DNA of 63,734 bases, the filler included, from Bonamia ostreae (Eukaryota): NCBI GenBank assembly GCA_040357525.1. It is 34 parts of 34 records of this genome, joined end to end, with 100 filler letters (N's around TTAATTAATTAA, not from the genome) between each part and the next. Parts side by side here need not be neighbours in the genome. Positions count along the whole stretch, not along the records: positions 11,334 to 13,120 come from JBDODL010001330.1; positions 13,221 to 15,007 come from JBDODL010001331.1; positions 15,108 to 16,894 come from JBDODL010001332.1; positions 16,995 to 18,779 come from JBDODL010001333.1; positions 18,880 to 20,664 come from JBDODL010001334.1; positions 20,765 to 22,548 come from JBDODL010001335.1; positions 22,649 to 24,432 come from JBDODL010001336.1; positions 24,533 to 26,314 come from JBDODL010001337.1; 26 more parts are not named here. One strand, given 5' to 3'. The notes beneath the pieces were generated by a model, which saw only the letters and a program-made list of their open reading frames with translations, was not told the DNA's origin and made no database searches. The stretch's first letter is position 1. The number at the start of each line of letters is the position of its first letter. Positions 12,993 through 27,073 of the stretch are shown here, piece by piece. The position numbers and the translations under genes were made by a program.

Positions 12993-13494
12993 CATATTGT
13001 TATTTCATTTGTTTATTGTTGTCAATCTCATCGATAATAGATGTTGGAATCTTCGGATAATAAAAAATGAATTGATGTGAATCGGACTTATACTGGTATA
13101 AATTTAGAAGGCTACAAAGANNNNNNNNNNNNNNNNNNNNNNNNNNNNNNNNNNNNNNNNNNNNTTAATTAATTAANNNNNNNNNNNNNNNNNNNNNNNN
13201 NNNNNNNNNNNNNNNNNNNNAATAATTTTAATTTATGATCAGAAAACAAAAATTTTAACGTTTTCAAAAAACAATAATTTTTTAATTAAATAAAAACAAA
13301 AATTTTAATGTTTTTAACAAATAAAAAATAAAAATTTCAATGATCCGAATAAATAAAAAACAATAATTTTAATTTATGATCAGAAAACAAAAATTTTAAC
13401 GTTTTCAAAAAACAATTTTAAATAAATAAAATAATTTTTTGAAACAAAAAATTTTTATCGATTAAAATTTTTTTTCACATTTATCAAATAAAAG

Positions 13495-14342
13495 GCGTAA
13501 AAAACAAATTACATATTCTTTTTACATTGTTGTCAATACTGCCCTGGGTCAATTTCCCTCTTAGTTTAAACTGGGTCAATCCAACATACAAAACTTTAAA
13601 TATGGATAAACTTATTCCCAAATGTCCTCCGCCACACATTAAAATAACCGAATCGTCGCTGGAAGAGCTGTGCAGAAAGTTTGCAACACAAGTTGAGTCG
13701 CGTTTAATCGATCTCGACGGTTACCATTTATATCTCAGCTTATGGACTTTAATTTATAATATATTTATAAGCTTTAACTTATTTTGTCGAATAATTTTAT
13801 GTCCACTAGAATATTTTGCGTCAAATGAATTGAACGGCATTACAGTGAAGCCCACTGATCGCCCTGGAAAAGAAGGATTTAACCTAAAATGCAAATTTTG
13901 CGAACCCGAAAACGGAATGGACAGTTCGAAAATTTTGACTTTTTGCGAAAATTGCCATTTAATCGCGCACGCCACTTGCTTCGCATTAAAACTGCTCAAA
14001 GAAGACGACTTCCAAATGTTCAATTTCTAAAGCTCAGAATTCCGAGCGACGGCAAATGCCCCGACTGCGGCGAAGACGTAAAATGGGCTGAAATGGCGAA
14101 AAACGCAATGCTCAGTAAATCGATAAAAAAGTTTTTTACAAAAATTCAGCAAAATTTTGAACAAATCTTTTCTCGTCGAGAACGAAGAAAAGATCGCGGA
14201 AGAAAGTTTTAGCGGCAAAAACTTTGCGCTTCTGTTTTCGGAGGACAATTTCGCGGAAAGCGAAATGTTTTTTTTAATATTTTTTAGGAACAACTCGCTA
14301 AACATATCGAGCGACAATTTTGCAAATTTTGCCAATTTTTAA
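13495..14342 (+). CDS. SLX1: Structure-specific endonuclease subunit SLX1, 3' part
   Basis: LLSILPWVNFPLSLNW, then C-terminal zinc finger CKFC...CENC..IAHATCFA...QIIPSDGKCPDC...W after removing the 20-nt GT-AG intron 14018-14037. Confidence 0.8.
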
Positions 14343-14384
14343 ATTTTTTGTTTTTTGTTTTACAAGACGGATACATTTAACAAC

Positions 14385-14790
14385 TCACAGATTGTGGCTG
14401 TACAACTGATCGCACACCTTTTCGATTGCATTCCGTGCATTCCCAGGCGTAATTTCGTTTTTGTCGGTTACCGCGACAATTGCAATAGTGCGCAATATCG
14501 CTAACAACAAACTTTTGTCTCCTTTCATTCCAACGAGGAAATTGTAGCTGCTCGGATTGATGTCCTTGTTGATCACGATAAAATTATCGGAGCCGAATTT
14601 GTAGCTCGTAAGAGCTTCCAAATCTCCCGAGAGTTTTGTGATGTTTTCCGTTGTGGGCTCGTGGCCAGTGGCTTTGTGCAAGACAGCCTTGTTCTTTATG
14701 TCTAAAATTGAGGCGTGAATTTTGCTGTTCTCGAAATGGTCTCCGTACTGTTTAAATAGGTTTTTGAATCGAAACTTGCTTCCAAGACAT
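14385..14790 (-). CDS. Profilin
   Basis: Spliced start MSWKQYGDHF (29-nt intron 14775-14747), LVGMKG, C-terminal PGNARNAIEKVCDQL; about 125 aa. Confidence 0.85.
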
Positions 14791-15864
14791 GTAAGCTTAT
14801 GACTGTGTTTTTAAGAATTTGTTGTATAGTGAGATTATCGTATTATAGTAGTTTGCTATAATGTGAGTCTAATTTTTAGTCTGCTTGAGGTTCAGTGATG
14901 ATTGTCTAAGAAAAAACTTAATTCCATTTGTTGAAACCACAAAATTAGTTTTGACGTTCGACTTAAATTTTGAGATTGTTAAAAATATTAATCAGAGCCT
15001 TTCTCGGNNNNNNNNNNNNNNNNNNNNNNNNNNNNNNNNNNNNNNNNNNNNTTAATTAATTAANNNNNNNNNNNNNNNNNNNNNNNNNNNNNNNNNNNNN
15101 NNNNNNNCGCTTTTCATTTCAAACATTTTTAAAAAATTGCGCCTTTTTTTTATCACGTGAACCTGCAGCTGTTATTATCTCAATACGCCACAAATTTCCC
15201 CAATCATATAAGATATTTACATCACGTTTTTTTTTTCTTACTAAAGATATTTAATAAATAACAATGTTCATCTTATCTCAATGTCCTGGTTTTTATCATG
15301 TCACGTTAACTATCAGACCGATTAAAGAACGTGTATTTTACAATTACCTATATAGAAAACTAAAAACCTTAAATGTAAAACTATAATCTTTTTTATATGT
15401 AATGTAAAATACTGATGTAGGATTTTCATTATTTTCTCACTTTTTCTCATCATCGATGTGTGTGTGTGTCAGCGTCATGTTATCATCTTTCAACATATTT
15501 TCAAACATTAGTAAGATAAATGGACAAATCTTCGTTTTGATACCCTATTAAACTATAAACGAACTATGCTCTGTTGAACATTTCACACCGATTTAGTCAC
15601 ATGACATGTCCAGCGTTATGTTAAAAGCGTAAATCTAACCAAAAATTATTCGGTAACCATCCGTGGGGAGTCCTATTCTAATAAACTTTTTTTTACACCT
15701 GTCATGGACAATCAAAATGTTCAACTACAATATGAATAACATTAACCTAAATTAACCACATGAAATGGGTTAAAAGCTTATCTAATAGCTTGACACAGTT
15801 TTTTTCCCGCCACCCTATGAACGTCCAGATCATGTGACAAATTTATGTGCACTGGACAAGAAGC

Positions 15865-16894
15865 ATGGACCACGTATGTAAATCCTTATTATGGACTTTA
15901 CTAATCAATACCTTAATGACGGGTGTCACTGCTTTCCCCGTTATACAAAAGAACCGCGGAATCGCTCGTTGTTTTCTACCTGAGTGTAGGTTTCTGAAAG
16001 TTAATTCCACGGACATCAGGGAAGTTTTCATCACTAATTGCAAACTTACAACCGTTGAAGTCAGCGGAAAACCAGAAGATGTCAAGATACGGGATTTAAG
16101 TGGAGAAAGCTGTCGTAAGTAGATGTATATTGTACACAATAGATTAATATAAAGTATAACACACTTAAAATAAAACATAAGAATGATGTAATCTTGAAAA
16201 GTTGAACTTAACCACAAAATAAGACATTGTGCATGTAAATGCTTTATTAAGCATATTATTCACTCATTATAATCAACTAATCTTGTTCATTAAAAAAAAA
16301 GAAAAAAACTTGTGTCAAAACTCAGACATGTCAGGGTGAATGCGTAGAATATAATCTCCCGACTTTTCAACATCCGGGGAGTTCCGTATGGGTATGAATG
16401 AATTATTCATTGATGTAAAAGTGGGTCACATGACCGCATTCAACCAATGAAAGTTCCCTATTTTTACTATGGAATGTACAACTCAATCTCTAGCAAGAGT
16501 TGTCCTTCTTACTCCAATTATCTCGCCAGTTTTTACAAGAGTCTTTAAAAAAAATGACCAAGATACTATAAACTGTTGACTTTTAATTACGAAAATTAGT
16601 TGCATTAATATATTAATTCTTCTAAATCGCATTTATTTTCTAGGAATATCTACAGGTGAATCTACAGCCACACCTTCAAACCCTTCAGCCGAGACTACGT
16701 CACCTGTTTCCAGGATCAAGACAATACCCTCCACTGAGGGAACATCTACAGGTGAATCTACAGCCACACCTTCAAACCCTTCAGCCGAGACTACGTCACC
16801 TGTTTCCAGGATCAAGACAATACCCTCCACTGAGGGAACATCTACAGGTGAATCTACAGCCACACCTTCAAACCCTTCAGCCGAGACTACGTCA
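15865..16894 (+). CDS. Secreted mucin-like protein (host), signal-peptide exon plus S/T/P-rich repeat exon
   Basis: MDHVCKSLLWTLLINTLMTGVTA exon ends at a GTAAGT donor; after TTTTCTAG at 16643 comes a 32-aa repeat STGESTATPSNPSAETTSPVSRIKTIPSTEGT. Confidence 0.6.
16648..16894 (+). repeat. 96-bp perfect tandem repeat, about 2.6 copies
   Basis: Unit starts at 16648, 16744 and 16840. Confidence 0.95.
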
Positions 16895-16994
16895 NNNNNN
16901 NNNNNNNNNNNNNNNNNNNNNNNNNNNNNNNNNNNNNNTTAATTAATTAANNNNNNNNNNNNNNNNNNNNNNNNNNNNNNNNNNNNNNNNNNNN

Positions 16995-18452
16995 TTAAAA
17001 AACTCGATATTTATTTCAGAAAGAGATCGCGAGCGATTGATTTGCTCCATTTCAGCCAGAATCGCCAAATTTTCCGCTTTCGTCAAAGTTATTTCTTCTG
17101 TCACTATTTTTTATTAACAATTTAACATTTCCGAATAAGCGATTTTTTGGCTTTTGGATTTTCCGACTTGAAATTTTTCTCTTTTTCGTCTAAATTTTTT
17201 TACCAAAATTTAACGATCCAAAAAATTTGAAAAACTTAGCGATTCTTGAAACGACTTCAAAAGCAATTTTTTGTTTTCTTCCAATCGGATCTCGCTATTA
17301 ACGCGAATTCTTGAATTTTCTTCCAACAAATGTTGAATTTGATTTTTCAGCGCTTCTTCCATTAATTCCTTTTCTTTGGCCAATTTTTCTTTTTACAAAT
17401 TGTTAAAATTTACCATTATTTTTGCTGATCAAGTCAATTTCTCGCATTATTTTGTCGAATCTCAAAGACTCTTTTTCCGCAAAAAGAGTTTTCTGTTCCT
17501 CAAAATTTTTGAGCTGTTTTTTTAATTCCAAAATTTTTAAGTTTTTGGCGTTGTTGTCGGAATTTAACTGTTTTAATGAATTTTCCATTTTTTCGATATC
17601 TTAAATTTTGTTATTTGAACTTTGTTGTGATTGCGAAATTATTGATTTTTGGTATATTGATTCGTCTGCAAAAGCCTTTTTGCTTTCATTTTGTGATTTT
17701 TTGGCTTTTTCTAAATCATTCTTTATTAAAAAATTTTGTTTTCGGAGTCGAATTTTAAGATAGAAATCATTTTTGGGCTAAAAAATCGATTTTAATCAGT
17801 TTTGAAACGTTTGAAACGGAAAGTTTTTTAGTCAAATTTTTATTTTTTTCGTCCAAAAAGTTTGTTCGGAATTCTAAATCGCTGAACTTTTCGAAAAGTG
17901 CTTGTTTTTCTTCGATCAAAAGATTTATTTTTTCTTTGTAATGACTGCTTTTTTCTAGTTCTTTATTTAATTCTTTAATTATTGATCATTACGTTTTGTG
18001 TTGAATTGTTCGTTTTTAAGAGATTTTTTCAATAAATTTATCGAATTTTGTTTGTTTTGAGAGATTTTCTGGTTTTCGATTTTTATCGATTCGATCTTTA
18101 ATTTGGACAAGTTTAGATTAACCACATCAATTTAAATTAGATTTAAGATTATTACTTGTGAATTTTTATTTGAAATCGAGATTTCTTGTTGTTTATTAAG
18201 ATCGGTCAAAGTTTCTACTTTTTCCTGCAGAATGTCAATTTTAATTTTTAGCTTATTTGACAACAATTTTAGACGTTCCAATTCCTTTTTTTCATTACAA
18301 CATAAAAATGAATTGTTTGGATGGTTTTTATTTCGAGACATTTCTTGAATGTTTTCGAATTTCAACGAAGAGCCATTTCTGTTTGGAACAAAAGAAGAAT
18401 TGATATTTGATCTATTTAAAGATCGAGAACGAAAATTTCTAGCAGACTTCAT
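16995..18452 (-). CDS. Multi-exon coiled-coil protein, 5' part
   Basis: ATG at 18452; K/E/L/N-rich heptad segments interrupted by short GT-AG introns. Confidence 0.55.
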
Positions 18453-18564
18453 TAGAAAAATGTCGAGAACTTAAAAAATTATGTGAGAATACTAAACAAA
18501 GCGTTTTATGATTTAAATGTAAATTTTTGCAAAAATGGCCGTTATTTAATTCAAAAAAACAAAA

Positions 18565-18637
18565 TGGTCAGGGCGGGACTTGAACCCACGACCTAGAGCT
18601 TATTAGACTCTCGCGCTACCGACTGTGCCACCTGACC
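18565..18637 (-). tRNA. tRNA-Ile(AAT)
   Basis: GGTCAGG/CCTGACC acceptor stem, D arm, AGAGT-CT AAT AA-GCTCT anticodon arm, GGTTCAAGTCC T arm, 73 nt, no encoded CCA, downstream T-run. Confidence 0.95.
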
Positions 18638-18879
18638 TTAGAATTTTAAAAATTTAATTGTTTATAAAGTTCAAAAGTTTTTTTGCGAAATGTTTAGATA
18701 ACAACAATATTTTATCTCGTAACAAAATTGTAAAATGGAAGATATTTTGATAAAATTGTCGTTTTCAGTTTTAATAAATNNNNNNNNNNNNNNNNNNNNN
18801 NNNNNNNNNNNNNNNNNNNNNNNTTAATTAATTAANNNNNNNNNNNNNNNNNNNNNNNNNNNNNNNNNNNNNNNNNNNN

Positions 18880-19160
18880 GTCTTCAAATTCAAAAACAGA
18901 GCTCCTAGATCCATGATCTGGTATTTCTAGATCCACAGTGATACTTGATATACTACAGAAATAACATTCAAAAGCATTTGGTTTGTCAATAGGATGAAGA
19001 ATTACTCTACCATTTTGAGACATAAATGGGAAAGGAGCTGAATTTGCCAATGTTGTGGATTATTAATGTGCAAAGCTCTTCTATGGATTATTTTCTTCTG
19101 TGAATAACAGTTGTGATATAAGCTTATCAAAAGGTTGGATATTAACAGTTTTTGTAGAAA
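18880..19160 (-). mobile_element. Possible degenerate non-LTR retrotransposon ORF2 remnant (host)
   Basis: Stop-riddled frame containing NNP*KSF and HPIDKPNAFECYFCSISSI, similar to the DKANxFNxYF linker upstream of the RT domain in CR1/L2-type LINEs. Confidence 0.35.
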
Positions 19161-20764
19161 CATGCTTCTCAATAAATGTGTTGGGTATATTTTAGTAGAG
19201 TTATTGTAAATATCATTGATGTTCACAATGACACCCATGTATAAGCTCACCTACGGTAACCTTAATTTTCTACAAAACGTGAAAGCGAGATCAATACAAG
19301 TTAATGAACCACTGTTTACAATACAGTTTGTTGTTTTTTTTTTACTACGTAACTAAGATCTGAACGCTTTGAAATACTTTTAAATGTATTGTTATTTGTT
19401 CCAAGCATAGTAACATTAAACTCACCTATCAGAACAGTTTGTTCAGTATCAAGTGCGTGTTCGATTGTGTCATTAAATTTTCTCCATTAATCAGGAGTTT
19501 GGAGATCCATAGATAACTCCGACTAAAACTTTATTACTACAAGTGTGAATCTCTACCCATGAAATCTCAATATTTGTACGACAAAGGTCATTTGTAACAT
19601 GATATTTGAAATCTTTTGACAATGAGCCTTCCGGAGTGGAGGTGGCAACCATATGCATTTAACAGTAAGAGATTATTACATATACTATCATCTAAAAGTT
19701 TCAGTAAATGGTAATATATCATCGCCAGATAAGTCCATTATTTATATTATCAATGATAATAAGCTACAAGCATTGTTATGTACTATGCAAACATTGTGAA
19801 GGAGGATTGGTCATGCAACTATGCAACAATAATGCATAATTTACGTAGAGAAGAAAGTCGTAATTAATAAAGAAATATTTAGCTTGAGAAAAAACAACAT
19901 GGATAATGTATACAGACAGTACCTTTCTTGAACATATGAAGATTTTGTTCATTTGGAACATGGCTAGTGTGCTTGAAAAAAAAACACCAATGTGTGATCT
20001 GCCAGTATAATTAGGGCTAGATCAAGTGAAAAACACTAATTTATATAAAGAAAAAAAATTATAAATGAAAAATTATTTATTAAAAATAAACTATTATCAA
20101 AAATAATAAAAAAATGTAAGAAATTTGAAAAATTAAATAAAAAAAATAATTAAAATATTAATATTATTAAAAATATTTTAGAAATAAGAGTAAAGCAACC
20201 AATATGCTGTATTTAGCTTCTGAAATTTTGACCACCGTTGAGTTACGTGACATATATTCTGATATCATTTGTTGGATTGTGGGTATCTCCTTTAAGATCG
20301 CGTTTGTCATTGTACACAAGGTTCCAGTCACGACAAATCAATTTTTTTTTTTTACAGTGAAATCAAGTTTATTTTATAAACTTACCTAGCTTTGAGATGG
20401 ATACTAAGGTTTCCAACACAAGATCAATACACAGGCTATGCCTTTCAGCGAATCCGAGTTAATCATCAACGGAAAGCTAGTCCGATTTCTCGGTTACTGT
20501 ACTCAAATGCCTTTCAGGTATGACAAGGTGAAGATAAGGAGCAGGGAAGAGGATAAAGAATATACAAGTCCTGTGTTTCAAGGATACCGAGTTAATCAAT
20601 AAAGGAACATAGGTATGGTTTGAGCTGAACATTTTCATTTCTTTTTTCATTTTCAATGTTTAAANNNNNNNNNNNNNNNNNNNNNNNNNNNNNNNNNNNN
20701 NNNNNNNNTTAATTAATTAANNNNNNNNNNNNNNNNNNNNNNNNNNNNNNNNNNNNNNNNNNNN

Positions 20765-22548
20765 CTCCCGGACGAATCCACTTCTCCCTTTTCAACTTCG
20801 CTAACGATCCCAAAGGCGGTCAAATCCACTTAACCGTCCGTTCGGAACGCGTCGAATACAGCTACAACATCAAAATACGCTACACCAAACAAAGCGTCAA
20901 AGCGTGTGCAGAACAAAACAAATGGTTCGACCGTTTCACCGGGGAATGCCGCGACTGTGACGAAACCGGTGTGTTCTGTCCTGGAGTTGGCATTTCTGTT
21001 CCTCGATTGGGATTTTGGGCGCCCGACGAAAACGCCATTCCCGTTGTTTGTCCAAACAGGTTCGCTTGTTCCGAGACGGACTATTTGTTGACGGAAAGTT
21101 TTGATACAGAATGTAATGATGCGGGCGTTCGCAATGGATATCTCTGCGACAATTGCGGAGCGGGGACTTACAGAGATATTTTCGTTTGCAAAGATTGCGT
21201 TGGAGGGAAGAAGTCGTCTGGAGAAGTCGTTCCGTTGGCCGTTTCGATTGTTTTTTACTCTGTTGTTGCAGTTTGCTCTGTTATTTCGGTTAAGATAAAA
21301 GGTTGAACAAATTGTCAAATTTTTACTTTTGATTTTTTTTTCTGATTTGTATTTTAATCTTGTTTTTTGATTTTTTAATCTTGTTTTTTTGTATTTTAAT
21401 CTTGGTAACAAATAGCAACGATCTTCATCGCTTTTGTTATTGTCAGTCAACTTTCGCTCATTTTTCGCACACTTTTGTCCTTCAAAAACATTCCCTTCCT
21501 CTCATTTCTTGATATTCTAAATTTCAATGTTTTTATTTTAAAAATACAAAAATGCGATTTAACAATATCAAAAAGATCTCTTATCTTCGCCAATTCTGCT
21601 CGAACAATTCTTTGTTTAATTTGGTTTCCGCCTTTTGGCTTCAAACTGCTTTTTTGGTTTCGGTAATGGCCATTTTCTGTATTCCGATGGCAATTAAATG
21701 GCTGATTTACAAAAACAGGCTCTCTCTCAAATTGGTTCCTTCCATTTTAAATGGACTGTTTTTCGCAAATGTTTTGATCTACAAATCGGTTGCTTCAATG
21801 TCAGTTAAAATAGTTGGATGCGCTCGATTCCCTTGGGGAGCAGAACCTGATGATTTGACCGAGAGATTTTGTCCGGATGGAGGGTACTTCTTCTCGATGG
21901 CAATGGGCATAATGTTGATGTTGGCGCATACAGTCGGATTGCCTTGTTTTGTGGCTTGGCGCATGCAGAAAATGACAGCGAAAAATGGCGAGGAAAACAA
22001 GTTCTTTTCGGGGATGTTTGGTTTCTTGGTATATTTTTTGCGTCCTCAATTGACTTTGTTTGTCTTGTTCATTTTCGGAATGGACATTTTTCTCGCAATC
22101 GATCCGGTTTTGTATGGGAGTTTGGGGATTTACGGGGCTGTGGTAACAATACCATTTGGAGCGTTCCTGCTCCTTGTGACGTTTCTATGGCCTTTTAAAA
22201 GCGATCTGTTTAACCTGGCTTCAATTGGAATTTGTTTTTGATTTGAAAATTTGTTTTTGATGACAATTATAAAATATATAAAAGTGTTTTTGATGGTCAT
22301 TTTAAAAACGATTTGTAACAAAGCATTTGCTTATAATGAATCAAAGATACATTAATGATAGCGATAATCGTCTTGTTGTTATTTGTGAGTAAAAATGATT
22401 TCCATTTATACAGAGATAGCTCGTCGTTGGCAACAATAGTAACTTTCGTTTTGTGTGGTATTACAGCATTGATGGTACTTATCGTCGCATTCAAATTCTA
22501 CAATTCGTACAAAAGAAACAAGAATGATATCGAACAAGAGCAAATAAT
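20765..22548 (+). CDS. Cysteine-rich ectodomain plus multi-pass transmembrane protein (partial at both ends)
   Basis: CRDC...FCPG....P.LGFW...C....C...G.LC..C..G....C..C followed by several hydrophobic helices across GT-AG-bounded exons. Confidence 0.7.
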
Positions 22549-25500
22549 NNNNNNNNNNNNNNNNNNNNNNNNNNNNNNNNNNNNNNNNNNNNTTAATTAA
22601 TTAANNNNNNNNNNNNNNNNNNNNNNNNNNNNNNNNNNNNNNNNNNNNTAGGAAAACCTTGCACAAATAAATGTTTTGAGAAGGTAATCAGAATTTTTGC
22701 ATACAGTAAAGAAATTTAGAATTTTCGAAACTGCCATATTTTATCTTTTATCCTTTTGCAGCAAAATTGAGATGGAAAATGTAGAAGTTCCATTTAAATA
22801 TTATATTGGGTACCATGAATCCAAAAGTCAGAATGTGACGAAAATAGGAATTGAAATATTTACCAACAAAATAACTATATAACTAACCTACATTGTGGGA
22901 TATCATCATAGGGTATCATGGTGTACATGTAATTTGTTTTCGAAAACCATATCTCGTCCCGGATAAAACTGGGTCAATGTCAAAGAAATGTTTTGAGACA
23001 TCGAAATCAATTTTATCAAGCTATTTATTTGGTTTAATATGCATGTACATCATGACTGTATACTCAAAATTCCAGTCCTTTAACTTCGAGCATTTCTTTC
23101 AAACTTTACTGTACTCTACTTTGTAGTTGACACAGAGATCCATACATATTTTTCTATATATTGTCTAGGTACTGGTTGTATTCTTATCCATCTTACAGAA
23201 GTCTCCCAAATGAATATTGAGACATGTTTCCTGTATGTTTTGTGACAAAATGTTGTACTTTTAAGTGCTTTGTATGCCAATTCATTCGTCAATAAAACAG
23301 AAAAGAAAAACATTTCAAATATTCAATATATCTTATTTTGGTGCAATAAGAACTAATCCATCGCTTGTTTTGTGTTTGATAATGAATAATTCGTATTTTA
23401 GCGCAACTGCATATTAACGCGTTTGCATCACAGTCTAGTCCGCTAGTTAAATTCCCCTAAAATAAGTAAACGTATAGTCTGCTCCAATCATATGATGGAG
23501 TCGTGAAGACAATCAATTGTGGTCCCACAGTCCATAAATTACAAAGTATGACAAACATTTAAGGTATTTGTTAGTTAGTTATACATTTCCTTCTATTTCA
23601 TGATTTTCAAACAGAAATCATCTACTGGAGTGTGGACAGTACAAACTGTTGAGCCTCAACATGTCTTCACGTATATGGCATAAAATCCATAATACATAAC
23701 TTTGTTCTATTAATGATTTGGACAAATGTTGATCGTTGAAATGAATTAAGGTGGAGTCCTGGATTTTAAGCTTTGGCGTTTAGGTATGATGTTCTTTACA
23801 TATATACTCTAATCAGGCAATTGTCTAACCCAAAATCACAAATAACTAACGCCATTTTTCACTTATTAGATTAGAAATTCACGTACAAGACGCACTTATA
23901 TAATAAAACTGATCTTACTGTAAAATTAAACATGTACTTTAATTCTAATCTCCTATCTTTTAATACATGGAGTTAGACTCCATATTTCGTAGATGATACC
24001 TAGCAGTTTGTGAATGGTCACTCTGGGAAATGCAAAAATGATATAGGTTAGCGATCATTGTACCACGAAAATGCGTCTCAATCACAATTGTACCATTGTC
24101 TCTAACGAAATCATGGAAATTCTCATTTTCTATCACTAGATTCATTGCAAGCAACATGTATTTATAATGTGAGATAATGCAAATAAAACAACAAATAATA
24201 AATATATACATGTAGTATCAACATTACAATCATCACCTAATTGGAAAATTAATTTTCTATGAAATCATTACAATGCTCCATAGAAAAGATGACGGTGTGA
24301 AAAAACTCAAATTATATCAACATATATACTTTCAAAACCCGAAAGACATTTCTTATGTTTACATTTTCTATTGCATTGTAGTTGCGATTAAACCTAATGT
24401 AATTTTCAGTGAGATGTACATTGTCGTAAAATNNNNNNNNNNNNNNNNNNNNNNNNNNNNNNNNNNNNNNNNNNNNTTAATTAATTAANNNNNNNNNNNN
24501 NNNNNNNNNNNNNNNNNNNNNNNNNNNNNNNNGCACACAAATATAATCTTTGACGACGAATATCTATTCTATGACTGTGGTCAAAATAAGCTTGCCTCCC
24601 GTGCAATCAGCAATTCCCCTTATTTGTAACTGACTACTAACATCCCCTTTCCAAGAAGAGTTGCCTTGTTTCCGTCATCAATGATCGTTCACTCAATCTC
24701 CTCCGGAAATTTAAATGTTGGTTGAGACTGATTACTGTATTGTATTTTACCTACCATTGATCTGGAATATCTTAGCTCAAATTTTACCTAATCACCTTAT
24801 ATACTAAAGTAGGTACAAATGCAGTATTATATATATCACAGTTTAATCAAGTAATCGGAAATATCTTATATAAAAATACAACTTATATTCATTATAAACT
24901 TCAGAACTTCTGAATTATGTATGTGAGTGTTAAGTATCATAATATAACTGTTCATTATCCATTCAGCTATTATATTTAATGATAGCTACAGTGATTTAGA
25001 TAAATCTATTACGTGTCCTTGTACTTCCGCAGAATATCAGCAGCATTTTATTCGAGTAATTTACTTAATGAATACTCCATGAATAAACATCTGGTCCAGG
25101 TCACCCTGGAACGAAGAACATACAGTTTTCAGAGAAGACAAAGTAATTTTTCATAAGAGATATCGTTTCCAATACAGTTTCACATAATCTTCTCTCTCGT
25201 ATATTCAGATAGTTGCAATGTACAACATCTTAATCAGATTTTTGAAATTTCATTAAAAGTGTAGTCAAAAAGATTATTTCTGTAAAGTGTTTCCTTTCAG
25301 AAACATAAAACACAAGTTTGGACAAAAAAGTATATCGCCTACAGTACTGGGGTAGACAAATCTATGGGGAAAATACAAAAAAAAATATTTGTCTAGTCAC
25401 CAGATGTTTTCTGAAAGAAAGCCTTACGTGAGAAATAGTGATATTGTGTGAAATAATTAGACATAACAGCAAAATACAATGTCTAAAATTATTCAGGATA

Positions 25501-26414
25501 TATGCTACTTTACTCAGTTTGGCTGTAACCAAGAAGATACATCTTGGTTCCTGTACAAAATCCGCTTAACATGAAAAGAAAAGCAGAATACCGAATTTGG
25601 CAAATACAGCACCTGATATATATTTAACATTTGAAACAATTGCAGTGTTTTCTAGCAAATACGCATAATGAAATACTAGGTATCTCCACGGCTTTGAATA
25701 TTTGAAAAAAATACCAGTTATTAGAACTATCGGCTTTTTGAGTAATTCAAGCAACAATTATAGAAGAATATCAAATATCATTGTATAGCACATCAATATG
25801 GCTGTAAAAAGAGAGTAATAAATAATTTTGAGTGATTCTTTCCAATTTACTTGTCTTTTGGGTGCATTTTGGAACAAATATGGAAAATGTAAATGACAAT
25901 TCTATTTGCGGCAATATCGAATATGATACAGATTAAACCAGCAACTCTCGTTGCGAGGAGATAACCTTGCAACTTCACGATTGTAGAAGCGCTCGTTGGC
26001 ATAGGTTGTGACTGTCGATTCGCTGTGGGGCTGGCATCAGAACTGAATGTCACGATTCTTTCCGGCATGACCTTTAAACAGGAGACCTCTGTCTTTTGCA
26101 CGTGCTATATCACGGGAACACCGTTACTGTTATGTAACAATTAAATGAGTAAAACAATCTTGAAGTGAGCATTAAGCAAGAAACAAGCACACACTGAATA
26201 CATAAGCTTGTGTTGTCAACCACATTTTTTTTATAATTCGCCACTCGAAAGTGTTTTCGAATTACGCAGTGAATTCTCTCAACTGACATTTACTGATAAA
26301 GGAATGGATACCGTNNNNNNNNNNNNNNNNNNNNNNNNNNNNNNNNNNNNNNNNNNNNTTAATTAATTAANNNNNNNNNNNNNNNNNNNNNNNNNNNNNN
26401 NNNNNNNNNNNNNN

Positions 26415-26971
26415 TCCTTCAACCTTTCCGCTATTTTCAATCTCATTCTGCTCAAAGGAATCGATGTTTCGTTTCTATTTCCAACTTTTTTTGTTTGCTC
26501 TGTTTTTTCGACTTTTGGCGAATCGGTCAATTTTTCAACTTTTTTACTCGTTTCTTTTATTTTTTCCGTTTTTTTGACAAAAATTTCTTTTTGTTTTTCA
26601 GTTTTATTTTCTGTTCCTTTCGTCTTCAAACTTGTTTTTGTTGTTGTCGCAGTATCAATTTCGAAGAGAGGAGTGTTCACTTCTACGTTTTCGTCTATTT
26701 TACGGAAAAATTTTTCGATCACTCCTTTTTCCGGAGAACGAATTTCAAGACTAGTTTTGTCGGTCTCGACAACAGCGACCAATTCGTCTTCTTCCACAGC
26801 TTCTCCCGGCGATTTGCTGAACTCGATTAATTTACCTTCTGTAATCGAATCGCCCATGAAAGGAACGTTTACCGTCTTTTTCGCGAAAAAACGGATTTGA
26901 CGAAGGCGCAACGAATTCAATTGCAATAATCGAAAACTGATTGCATTTTTGACTATTCTTGAACGCACCAT
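26415..26971 (-). CDS. DLST: 2-oxoglutarate dehydrogenase E2 (dihydrolipoamide succinyltransferase), 5' part
   Basis: R-rich, acid-free presequence; lipoyl domain VPFMGDSITEG...VETDKT..EIRSP; LSRMRLKIAERLK. Confidence 0.93.
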
Positions 26972-27073
26972 GATTTTTTTGTCTAATTTCGCGATTTAGC
27001 TTTTAGATCTAAATTGTATTGTTTTTCTTTAATTATTTAAAGCTTTACTTCGCAAATTTGATAAAAGTATAAA

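Noticed and set aside
14013-14037. Apparent non-canonical AT-AG intron in SLX1
   Set aside because: A canonical 20-nt GT-AG intron (14018-14037) using the second AG restores the frame and the QIIP motif
22649-26314. Short ORFs in host-like non-coding contigs (also 3781-5570, 43310-45079, 60111-61872)
   Set aside because: No recognisable motifs, coding bias or consistent splice structure
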